Positions 12,501 through 23,972 of a stretch of DNA of 64,000 nucleotides are shown here, piece after piece; positions within the stretch are counted from its first letter, which is position 1; every line of letters begins with the position of its first letter. This DNA is from Azolla caroliniana (lineage: Eukaryota; Plantae; Polypodiophyta). Below the pieces are notes generated by a model, which was not told the origin of the DNA, ran no database searches, and saw nothing but the letters and a program-made list of their open reading frames with translations. A program made the translations under genes and the position numbers. The stretch is taken from positions 8,432,001 through 8,496,000 of the forward strand of contig JBHGNT010000020.1 in assembly GCA_043228905.1 (NCBI GenBank), given 5' to 3'.

Positions 12501-13831
12501 CTCAAAAGCTGAACGGAACTACTCTACGACGGAACGCGAGGCATTAGGAATGGTGTATAGTGTCACAAAGTACAGGCACTATCTGCTCGGAAGGAAGTTT
12601 TCCTTCCATGTCGACCATTCGGCACTACTCTACCTGGTCTCGAAGGCATCCCTGACGGGAAAAATTGCACGATGGACACTGTTGTTACAGGAATTTGAAT
12701 TCGACATTTTCCACCGACCCGGGGCGCAGCATGCGGTAGCGGACTACCTAAGCAGACTCGAATCCAGAGAAGCAAGGGACGGCGTCCAGGATGAGTTCCC
12801 CGACGCGGAGTTGTTCCGGATCACGACGGAACCAGCAACGGATGCAACGGTAGCCGATGAAGACACGTGGCTAACTGAGATGCATCAGTTCCTGAGCACC
12901 GGAGTACCCCCGGAGAACATGGACCGCGATGAAAGGAAAAGGGTAGCAGTACGAAGCAGACATTTCTGCTTGGTTGGAGACACCCTCTATCACAAGGGGG
13001 CAGATGGCATCTGGAGACGAGCAGTGCGGAGCGATGAGAAGGATCTAATCCTCAGGGAAGCCCACTGTGGAATTGCCGGCGGGCATTATGCCGGCGACAC
13101 AACCGCTCAGAAAATATGGCAGAGCGGACTATGGTGGCCCACCACCCTAAAAGATGCCGTGAAGTATAGCAGAGAATGCGATTTGTATCAACGACTGGGC
13201 CAACCCACGGAGCAGGCCCGGATGCCACACCACCTGGTCTTGCCATTGGAACAGTTTCAAAAGTGGGGTTTGGACTTTGTCGGTCCCTTCAAGCCACCGG
13301 CAATGCGAACCGGAAATCGGTATGTCATAGAGGCGACCGACTATTGCACCAAATGGGTAGAAGCGAAGGCCTTATGGGACAACACGGCCGCGTCCACGGC
13401 AAAGTTCCTGTAGGAGTGCATATGGTGCCGGTATGGATGCCCGATCGAGCTTATAAGTGACCAAGGAGGACACTTTCTCGGGCAGGTAGTAGAAAGCCTG
13501 ACGTCATTTTACGCGGTGGTACATAAAAGGATTACTCCCTACTACCCTCAAGCCAATGGACTAGTGGAATCGACGAACACAACTCTATAGAACATCCTAC
13601 GAAAAATCGTCAACGAGAACCGGACCGACTGGGATACGAAATTGCAGAGCGCGCTATGGCCATACCGAACAACGTACAAAACCAACATCCGAACAACCCC
13701 GTTCCGACTAGCATTCGGTTTAGAAGCGGTCATGCCGGTAGAGTTCCAGATCCCCAGCTTATGGATCCATGTAAAGGAGCGCTTAAGTGAGAAGGAGTCC
13801 GAACGAATCCGGCTGGCGACGTTGTTGGAAT
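9588..13831 (+). mobile_element. Athila/Tat-like Ty3/Gypsy element A (5'-truncated gag-pol pseudogene), part 1
   Basis: Three CCHC knuckles, PR (IIDGGSG), RT (SFLDGFSGYNQI..VFLDDF), RNase H (VDASD, EREAL), IN (WGLDFVGP, PYYPQANG); several in-frame stops. Interrupted by B at TSD GGAAT. Confidence 0.9.
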
Positions 13832-14303
13832 TGTTACCGGCCGGCAAGGAGTCCAAAATAAGGAGTGAAGGAATTAATTAAGTATGGTTGTAAATAAGCA
13901 TAGTATGGACGAACGGACTGGAAACGGTATGCCGTTCCAGATCCGGACGGATCCCGAATAGGTGCGATAGGCACCGTTTTGTACTACGGACCGGAAACCT
14001 ATTTAAAGGCCCGGAGCCCATTGTAATCGCAGCGGATAATTAATAGAGCGTATGGTGTTTATACTTCTGTGTTGATTTCCGTTCTGTACTTACTGTTATA
14101 TCTTACGCGTGTAATTAACAAAAGCGCTCTAATCGTGTAACCTACTTAGGTCGGTGTAATCGTTGAGTCATAATCCTATGCCGTAATCACCCTTTGGTGA
14201 AGTGTCTCCGTGACACCTTGTGTTAGGCCTTGTCCGGTCAGAGAATAACACAGTTTTGGCGACCACGATTCCTACTTTCTCGCAGCGAACGACGGCTTAA
14301 TGG

Positions 14304-17300
14304 ATGACTAGACCAACGCACGACCTGGTTACAGACCGAGCTCGACGCCTCGCCGAACGGCAAAGACGGCGTGAGACTTTCCAGCAAGCAGCGCACGAAA
14401 TTCGCTCGGATCATTTGTTCTCCAACGAGATTCGGAGAGTCGCGGAGGAATCTCTTCGGTTACAGCAAACTCGCGACCAGGACGACGGAAGCAGTCTAAG
14501 TAGTCTCCGGGAAACCGAACGCCTCCTCGAGGCGCTGGCAAGCGGAGAAAACGAGGCAGAAGCCTTTTCAGCCTACGAATCGGATTCCGAAGGGGGATAC
14601 AACGTGCACACGAACTACCGGAGCAGCAACGATACCCCCGGCGGCCCGGAGGACGACAGGTCGGGTACCGTGCCGACTCCAGAACCGGAACCGTTCGACC
14701 AGGGCTATCCGGAACCGCAAACGGAAGCCGTCAACCCACCAACACCGGAAGTGGAAGAAGCAAAGCCACCGACACCAACGAAAGAGCCGGCGAAGGTACC
14801 GGAAGAAGAGCCGGTGAAGGAACCGGAAAAAGAACCGGAAGTGGAACCGGAGAGAAAACCGGAAAGATATCAACAAACGCCACTAAACCGCGGCCTAATA
14901 CTGGACGACGACATGCCGTTCCAATACTCAAAGTATCGCGATGATCCGGACACGGAAGCGCATGTTCATGCCTTCGAGCAGACATGGGAAGCAAATCACG
15001 CGTCCCAGCGATTGACACCGGAGGAAGAAGAACGCTCGAAGATAGCGGAATTCGGGGTCACGTTGGAAGGACCAACGGCACGATGGCGGCGGATGCAGGA
15101 CCCGGCGACCATCACAACCTTTGCAGAATTAAAAGCAAAATTCTTGCATTTTTTCCACAAGGAGGTCGACCAGACGATAATGGTGGGCCTGTTTTATACG
15201 ATCCGACAGGAGGCAGGGGAAAGCATTCCCCAATTCGTCATCCGTTTCCAACGAATGCATAGCCAGCTTGCCCGTGCACCCCCGGAGGAGGAATTACGGA
15301 CGATATTTTTAAACGCACTCCGGGAACCGTTACGCACGGTGTGTACGGTGATCGACTTTCGAGGAAACACCATTGACCAGGTCATTGACCGGGTCAGAGA
15401 AATGGAAAAGTCAAGCTCATGGCTTACACTGGGAGCACTGCAACGGGCGTTACCCACCGATGAAGATCTCCGGTTCCGGCAGGCAATTCAATGCACAATC
15501 TGCTTGAATGCCGGACACTCGGCAGTGGAGTGCACCATGCGAACCCAGTGTGTGATTTGTCAATCCAAGAGTCATACAACGGACCGGTGCGAGTATAACC
15601 TGCTAAACCGACAAGCACCACCCGTCCGACGGATCGAGCCAAGAAGCAGCCGAGATGAAGATGAAGATCGTTGGCAAAGAATGAACCGGTACCGACCGGC
15701 ACAGGATGTCCGGTACGGAGACAGACAAGAGAATGATGGCCGGTACGGGGATCGGCATGATAACTACGACCGGTATGAGCGATCGGACCGTTATCGGGAG
15801 TCCAACAGACGACACGAGCAATACGACAGAGACCATTCCCCTGGTTACCGAAGGCACCAGGAGGACTACGGCCGATTTTACGATCCACCACGACAGGACT
15901 ACCGAAAAAAAAATAAGAATAATAAGAAACGTAATTTCAAGAAAGGTGGTCACCCTAGGGACCCGGAACATGGAACCCCAAGGAGCCAACCGGCACAGAA
16001 CGCACCACTCACTACGGGACCGACTCCGGCTACCAGCAATGCTGAATCCAGCAATACCCGTAAAGAGTACTGCTACTACTGCAGGCAGGAAGGCCACTAC
16101 AGTAACCAGTGCCCGGCAAAGAGCTACGATAAACGACCAGCAGTTAATATGGTGGTTCCGGAAGTGGCGGATGTACAACAAGTAACCACACGGTCGAAAG
16201 GCATGGCCAAAGAGTGGGAAAAACAAGAGGCCATACGAAAACAGGCGACGGAATGGGTGAAGGAAGCCAATGAAAGGAACGTCGCGGACGCAGAACGGCA
16301 AAAGGCGAATACCATAGGGAGTGCCGGCGGTAGCCACGCAGAAAACGAGACATGGCAAGCACTGCAAGAATGTCAGATCACGTTGCCATTAGGAAGACTC
16401 TTGCAGCTCGTGCCGCGATTTACGGAAGGACTAAAAACGGTCATGACAGACGGTATAGCCCCACCGGCACCAGTCCTCTTCTCGAATCCGGAGGAGGGAC
16501 CGACGGTGGTGGACACTAGTAGTCCGGTGATTACAGCTATTGTCAAAGGGCACGAACTTCCCGGCACAGTAATCGATGGAGGTTCCGGGGTGAACGTAAT
16601 AAGCCTCCGCACGTGTGATGCCTTGGGTATACATGAATGGGAGCCATGTCCGTTCTGGCTACGGATGGCGGATACGAGCTCTGTACGGCCGACGGGCTTA
16701 ATACGGAAATTGGAAGTCACCATAGGAGGTCACACATTTCACATCTCGTATGTAGTGCTGCAGCTACAGGCGCAAGGCGCGTACCCACTGTTGCTGGGCA
16801 GACCATGGTTGAAAACAGCACACATCAAGAAAAATTGGCGGAAAAATATGATTACCTTCCGGCGCGGAAAAGCCAAGATCCGGGTACGGACACAACCACG
16901 GACGAGCAACGGTAAGGAATGCACACCGCTGTATGCGGAATGCGTGAACATGCTTGAAGGGTTGGCAGACGACGAAGAAGCCCAGTACTTGGAGGAACAC
17001 CCGAAGATCGTACCACTCTTCGAGATTGACGTAGCTGAAGCCGTAGTGCCACACTTGCCGCAGCGGGACGAAACCGAAGCCGAACCAGACAAAGATTCGA
17101 TTCGGGAATTACGGCAAGCACAGGAAGCGTTGGAACGGGAAATGGCCGTTTCCCAACGGGTAAAAACATCCCAGCTCGACGAAGTGAACCTAGGAAGCAA
17201 GGACGAATCAAAGCCGGTACACATCGCCAAAGAAATGAAGCCGGAAGATAAAGCGGCGATGATCAAACTTCTCACGGAGTTTCGCGACGTATTCGCCTGG

Positions 17301-20138
17301 TCATACGAAGACATGGGAGGGCTGGACCCTCAATTATATCAACATCAGATCCACTTAGGCAAGGACGGGAAACCAGTGGCGCAAAGACGTTACCGAATGA
17401 ACCCCAACTACGCCGCCAAAGTGAAGGAGGAAATCGACAAACTCCTAAGAGTGGGCTTCATCCGGCCGGTAAAGAAAGCGACGTGGCTGAGCCCCATCGT
17501 CGTCGTCCCAAAGAAGAACGGTAAAATCCGCGTGTGTGTAGATTACAGGAAACTAAATGCAGCCACAATTACGGATGCATTCCCTCTTCCGTTCACGGAT
17601 GGAGTACTGGATGCCGTCGCCGGCCATGAAGTTTATAGCTTTTTAGATGGGTTCAGCGTATACAATCAAATCCGGATGCACCCTGTCGACCAGGAGAAGA
17701 CAACGTTCGTCACCGAATGGGGGGTGTTTGTGGCCGTAGTAATGATGTTCGGACTAAAAACGGCACCAGCAACTTTCCAGCGAATCATCATGGAGATCTT
17801 CGGCGAATACATTCCAGCCTTCATGCAGGTTTTCCTGGATGACTTTGTAGTCTATAGCCGGGAAAAAGACCATTTGCAGCACCTACGGTTATGCCTTGAA
17901 AAGTGTAGGTTATACCGGCTAAGCTTAAACCCAGCAAAATGCATCTTTGGGGTTTCAAGTGGAATCTTACTGGGACACATTGTAAGTAAGGAGGGCATTG
18001 CGGTCGACCCGGACAAAATAAACGCGATACTAGGGGCACCGGCGCCGAAAACGGCCAACGCACTAAGCCGATTCTTACGACAGATCCGGTGGCACAGCCG
18101 GATGCTCCGTCACTTGGCTGACTTGGCTACACCATTACACACCGCGGTACATCGGACACCGTTCCAATGGACGGATACGGAGGATAAGGCATACAATGCC
18201 CTGAAGGTACTTTTGTCGCAAGCACCCGTCGTGTAGCCTCCGGATTGGAGCAAGGAATTTCATGTGTTCGTTGACGCTTCCGACATCGCTATCGGCAGCG
18301 CCTTAATGCAACTTACGGAGCCCAAATGGTACCGGCTGGTATATTATGCCAGCTGGAAGCTGTCCAAGGCGGAGAAGAACTATTCGACTACGGAACGGGA
18401 GGCCCTGGGCATGATCTACAGTGTCACAAAGTTTCGTCATTACCTATTGGGAAGGAAGTTCTCCTTTCATGTGGATCACTCGGCGCTCCTGTACTTAGTG
18501 TCCAAGGCGTCCCTGACCGGTAAGTTGGCCCGTTGGACCTTGCTGTTGCAGGAGTTCGAATTCGAGATCTTCCACCGGCCCGGTATCCAGCATGTCGTAG
18601 CAGACTACCTGAGCCGGTTAGAGTCCGGAGAATCAGGCGACGGAGTATCGGATGAATTCCCGGACGCAGAGTTATTCCGTATCACCCCGGAAACGGCAGC
18701 GGACAACACGGTGGCATCAGGAGATAGGTGGCTGACAAACATGCACCAGTTCCTAAGCACGGGCCTGCCACCGGAGGAAATGAACCGGGACGAGAGGAAA
18801 CGACTGGCGGTGCAGAGCCGCAATTTCTGTCTGTTACGGGGCACTCTCTACCACAAGGGAGCAGATGGAATATGGAGACGGGCAGTCCGTAGTGACGAGA
18901 AACAAGTAATCTTACGGGAAGCACACTGTGGGGTTGCCGGAGGCCACTATGCCGGGGAAGCGACGGCAAGGAAAGTATGGTAGAGCGGCTTATGGTGGCC
19001 CACGACGTTAAAAGGCGCCGTCAAGTATGCTAAGGAATGTGACCTATGCCAACGAATGGGCCAGCCTACGGAGCAAGTACGGATGCCACACCAACCGGTA
19101 CTTCCACTAGAGCCATTCCAGAAGTGGGGGTTGGATTTTGTCGGACCGTTCAAGCCACCGGCAATGAGAACGGGTAATCGTTATGTCATCGTGGCAACAG
19201 ATTATTGCACTAAATGGGTGGAGGCTAAGGCCTTGAGAGACAACACCGCGTCATCCACAGCAAAATTCCTGTACGAAAACATTTGGTGCCGGTATGGATG
19301 TCCGATTGAATTAATCAGCGACCAAGGAGGGCACTTCCTCGGCCAGGTAGTTGAAAGCTTAACAACGTTCTATGCCGTGGTCCATAAACGGAGCACACCG
19401 TACTACCCACAAGCAAACGGGTTAGCAGAGTCAACCAACAAAACGCTCCAGAACATTCTCTGCAAAATCGTCAATGAAAACCGGACGGACTGGGATACAA
19501 AGCTCCATAGCGCGCTATGGGCGTACCGAACGGCATACAAAACAAGTATCCGGACAACGCCGTTCCGGTTAGCGTTCGGCTTAGAGGCGGTCATGCCGGT
19601 GGAATTTCAGGTACCAAGCTTACGGATCCAACTACGGGAACGATTGAATGAAAAGGAGTCGGAGGAAATGCGGCTAGCAGCACTATGCGAACTGGAGGAG
19701 CAACGGCTGGCCAACATCCTACACATGGAACTGGAGCAACGACGACGGAAAGCGTTCGTTGACCGTCACCGGAAAGGTAATGAAAAGATGTTCGAAATCG
19801 GAAAGCCGGTGCTAGTATTCCAAACGAGGATAGGCAAGATGCCGGGTAAACTCCGGTTTAGATGGACAGGCCCGTATTGGCTGACACGGGAATACAACGG
19901 GTCCTATCAGTAAGGGACACTTGCCGGTGAAGTGCTAGGCAAGTGGGTCAACGGATTTAGACTAAAGCCCTATAAAGGACCGATGCCAAGTAACCCGTTT
20001 ATGCAGCCCACCGGCACTATACCGGGAACGGTACGGATGGAAGAAAAAGACGACGGGGAACCCGTAGCAGAGGCGAAGGAAGACACGGCAACCCGTAAGG
20101 AAAACGGTAAGGGTCCGAAGGGACCTACGGATGTGTAA
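14304..20138 (+). pseudogene. gag-pol of element B (single frame; stops at 18234, 18981, 19911)
   Basis: 1310-aa ORF with gag, 3 zinc knuckles, PR and RT (FLDD), continuing in the same frame into RNase H and integrase. No archaeal-type RNase H and no chromodomain. Confidence 0.9.
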
Positions 20139-20155
20139 GATCACATACTGTCATT

Positions 20156-20156
<1 letters not shown>

Positions 20157-20196
<40 letters not shown>
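20157..20196 (+). repeat. (TAA)n microsatellite between pol and the extra ORF of B
   Basis: taataataa...; absent at the homologous site in B' (35959-35990), which is an A-rich tract. Confidence 0.9.
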
Positions 20197-20199
<3 letters not shown>

Positions 20200-20532
20200 G
20201 AGAAATCATTAAAAATCGAGGTATGAACGGACGTGAAAGCAAGGAGCGAAAAGGTACGTAGTGGGCATTTAAGAGCCGCCACATTACTTAATACTAAATT
20301 GGTACACGACGTGCGCATGCTCGAAAAAGGAGCCAAGACGCACAGAGAAAAAGCAGAACGCATGGAGACCTTTTCATTTCGCGAGCCAAGAAGGACAGAA
20401 GCACCAAGGCGGTTGAAGCTTAGCAAACGCGAACCTGCACCCAGAGAACCCCCACGTTCGGAACTCTCTCTCTCTCGCTCTCACTCTCATCACCACTCTA
20501 CCTCGCCATCTTTCCTCGACCTCGAAGCAGAC

Positions 20533-23202
20533 ATGGACCCAGAAACGCTGTCGGAAGCGGCCAGGAAATGGCTCAGGCAACACGGACTGGATGGGTTCTT
20601 GACCATCATGGAGGCACCACCGCACAAAGAAGCCGACCGGGTCATCAAGGAGCTCGACACAGAAGTCATCACCGAGGAAGCGATCCGTGCGCTAACAGGC
20701 CTTCCGGAGGGAGGTATTTTTCAGATCGATAACACAACCTCGGAGCAACTCATTCGATATTTCGGTGAGTACTCTCTAGCCGGCAAAGGCTATCGAACGC
20801 AGGGCGGCGAAGATCCGCTATTCAGGGAGATAGCTGGAGTGCTTCATGAGTACGGCCACGTGTACCCCCGACCCCCTGTCATGCCAAAAAATCGGGCAGG
20901 GATGATCATAGCCACCTATGAAGGGATCAAGGTGGATTCGCCGGTGTTGATTGCAGACGGTTTGTGCGCGGCAATCGACACGGTACGAGGAAAGGACGGC
21001 AAGGAGGGCCGGAAGCTGTGGCATGCCGTAGCTCAGTGGATAACATTGCTCGCGCCGCCGGTCGAGACCGTCCAGCCAAAGAAGCGGCCAAGATTATCGG
21101 AAGGAAGCACCTCGAAACCTGCGTCCAAACGACAGCAGCTGCTGGCGTCGAAGGCGACGAAAGGGAAGAAACGGCTCCCAGAACCGGAGGAGGTGTCACC
21201 GGTCCGACCCGTTAAGATAACCATACGGCGACCGGGACAGAAGGAACCGGAACCCTTGACGGCACAGATACATGCCGTTACCCAGGAAGAGGAAACGGAG
21301 GAGCCAGTAGAGCACCTCCAACGACGGTCAAGAAGTAGGACCGCCGGGACAGCGGGGGAGTGTTCGGACCCGCAAAAGGAAGAAACGCCCCCAACTCAAC
21401 CTGAGCAAACCACAAGGGAGGAACCGGAACCGGTGCGTATAGAACTGGCCTTGTCGACTTCTATACAAGAAGTCATTCCAACGGCTCCGGAGACGGCGAG
21501 AACCGGAACTCAACAGCCGGCGAGCCCAGCCAGCACACACAGCGGCCAAGGAGTAGAACCAGAACGACAGATACAGGCACTCAGGCCAGAAAATTCCACA
21601 GTGAATGAGCCGACCCGACCAGTACAGCAGCAAGGCACCAGTAGCATGTGGCTACGGTGGGTAGGCGAGTAGATCGCCGGAGCGGTCGAGTACATAGAGG
21701 CGGAGGAGAGAGCGCACCACGAACAGTTGCTCGTCACAACCGTAGATCTAGAGACGGCCCGGTCCAGAATCCGGAGCCTTGAACAAGACTTGGACAGGGT
21801 CACAAGGGAAATGGCTCAATTGGCTTTGACAACACAAGTCCAAGCACCGGTGACTCCGGGCAATGTACAGAATAAAGCGTCAGATCAACCTGTACATAGC
21901 AATCAGACCCCGGCAACGGAAACCGTTCCGGAGAGAAATGCGGCACAAGCCCAAGAGCTTGCGGATTTAAAGGATGAGCTAGCTGCCCAAGAAGCGCTGA
22001 TGAGCCGCGAAAGAGAGTTGAAGACGGCAGCAGAGGCAGAACTCAAAAAGACTGCTAAGAATCTACGCCGGGCCGAGGAGAGCTTACGAAAAGGCCACCA
22101 AGCGTACGACCGGCTCAAGGAGGAAAAGGAGAAAATGCTGCAAGAGAAGGACAGGCTCCGGAGGAACGCCGAAACAGAAGTAGAGCGCCTGAAAGAGGAA
22201 CTCCGGCAGCTAAAGGACCGGGAGGACCGGAACCATCGCCAGATCAACGGCAAGCTCAAACAAAAAACGGAGGAATTTGAGCACTTGCACCGGGAGTATA
22301 AACGGTTGCAAACGGAGCACAAGGAACGGACGGATGAGCTCCGGCAAGCAGTTGATCGGACCGCAACGACATACGCTAATGAACAAGCGGAAACCAGAAG
22401 ACGGTTGGAAGAGGCGGAGAAGGTTCGGACAAAGCTCCTCAGGCAACAGCAGGCGGAAAGAGAAAGAGCGGCGGAGGTACTGCAGAGGCTGCAAACAACA
22501 TATCAAGGGCAGCTGACGCGCTACAGAGAGCAGGCGGAGGATACGGCTAATCTCATCAAGCAGTTGAAGGAGGAACGACAAGTTGTGGAAAGTAGAGCGC
22601 AAATGGGAGCAAGTCGCATCCAGGATATCATGTGGGCCTGGTTGAACCAGACCAAGAGCTTGATTGACAACGGTTCCGTCAAATGGTGGACCAAGTGGGC
22701 CCCGAACGCGGCGGAACTCCAATTGCTCCGGGCCGACGTAGAGAACCGGCGGAAGGAGGGGGATGATTGCTATATGCTGACTTCCGAAGACTTCACCGGC
22801 ATAAGAGATGAGCTGGCCGAAGACTTTCAAGCCTTGGCAGAGGACCAACTAGGGCAAGTCCGGTAACTTGTAGCTCAGCTGGACGACGACAGGCTGGAGG
22901 CGCAGATCCAGTTTGAAAGCTACGAGAGGTCCCGGATCCGGGAAGAGAAAGCACGAGAACCAGTAACGGTCAACCTCAGTGATGAGGAACCATTACTGGA
23001 AGGAGACCGGACCGGAAGCAGTCAAACGGGGATGCCGGAGTCAGAGAAACAAACGGAGCAGCCGCCTATAGAGCAGCTGGAGCAGTCTCAGTCCCAACCA
23101 CAACCACAGCAGCAGCAGCAAGCACAGCCGCAACAACCACAACCGGAAGAACAATTGGAAACTCTGGAACAAAGTATTTTGGACAATTTGGGTGAACAAT
23201 GA
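20533..23202 (+). pseudogene. Extra (ORF3) protein of element B, ~889 codons with two in-frame stops (21670, 22864)
   Basis: MDPETLSE...; homologous to the ORF at 42645-45065 (N-terminal domain, coiled coil, WxxxAAELQxLRAD, C-terminal SILDxL). Confidence 0.8.
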
Positions 23203-23214
23203 AGGGGCCGAGAA

Positions 23215-23254
23215 GGGTTCGACGTACAAGGTACTGTCCCACAGGCGTGCCATG
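23215..23254 (+). other. tRNA-Arg 3'-end-like sequence / antisense PBS at the PPT position of B
   Basis: gggttcga cgtacaaggtact gtcccacaggcgtgcca tg|TGTTAC(LTR). Confidence 0.75.
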
Positions 23255-23678
23255 TGTTACCGGCCGACAAGGAGTCCAAAATAAGGAGTGAAGGAATTAA
23301 TTAAGTATGGTTGTAAATAAGCATAGTATGGACGGACGGACTCGAAACGGTATGCCGTTCCAGATCCGGACGGATCCCGAATAGGTGCGATAGGCACCGT
23401 TTTGTACTACGGACCGGAAACCTATTTAAAGGCCCGGAGCCCATTGTAATCGCAGCGGATAATTAATAGAGCGTATGGTGTTTATACTTCTGTGTTGATT
23501 TCCGTTCTGTACTTACTGTTATATCTTACGCGTGTAATTAACAAAAGCACTCTAATCGTGTAACCTACTTAGGTCGGTGTAATCGTTGAGTCATAATCCT
23601 ATGCCGTAATCACCCTTTGGTGAAGTGTCTCCGTGACACCTTGTGTTAGGCCTTGTCCGGTCAGAGAACAACAGGAAT

Positions 23679-23972
23679 TAGAAGAAAACCGAATAGCCAG
23701 CTTACTACAACTCGAACTGGAGCAAAGGAGGAGAAAAGCTTTCGTGGACTGACACCGGCATGGCAACGAAAAGGAGTTCGAAGTCGGGAAACCGGTGCTA
23801 CTGCTCCAGACACGGATGGGGAACATGCCGGGAAAGTTGCGGTTTCAGTGGACCGGACCATTCTGGATCACCAAGGAGTGCAATGGGTCGTATCAGCTCG
23901 GCACGTTGTCTGGAGAAGTTATCGGTAAGTGGGCAAATGGGTTTCGGCTAAAGCCGTATAAGGGAAATATGC
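23679..23972 (+). mobile_element. Element A part 2 (integrase C-terminus)
   Basis: Continues A's frame after the TSD: EENRIASLLQLELEQ..GKLRFQWTGPF..WANGFRLKPY. Confidence 0.9.

Larger units (their letters stand above)
13832..23673 (+). mobile_element. Full-length Athila/Tat-like Ty3/Gypsy element B with 3' extra ORF
   Basis: 419-bp LTRs 13832-14250 and 23255-23673 (TG..CA, ~5 differences by eye); TSD GGAAT at 13827-13831 and 23674-23678; PBS TGGCGACCACGA at 14257; TATA-like cctatttaaa. Confidence 0.95.

Noticed and set aside
23201-23217. GAAGGGGCCGAGAAGGG as the PPT of B
   Set aside because: It lies ~38 nt from the LTR, is interrupted by CC and is not conserved in C or J; a PPT must abut the LTR.
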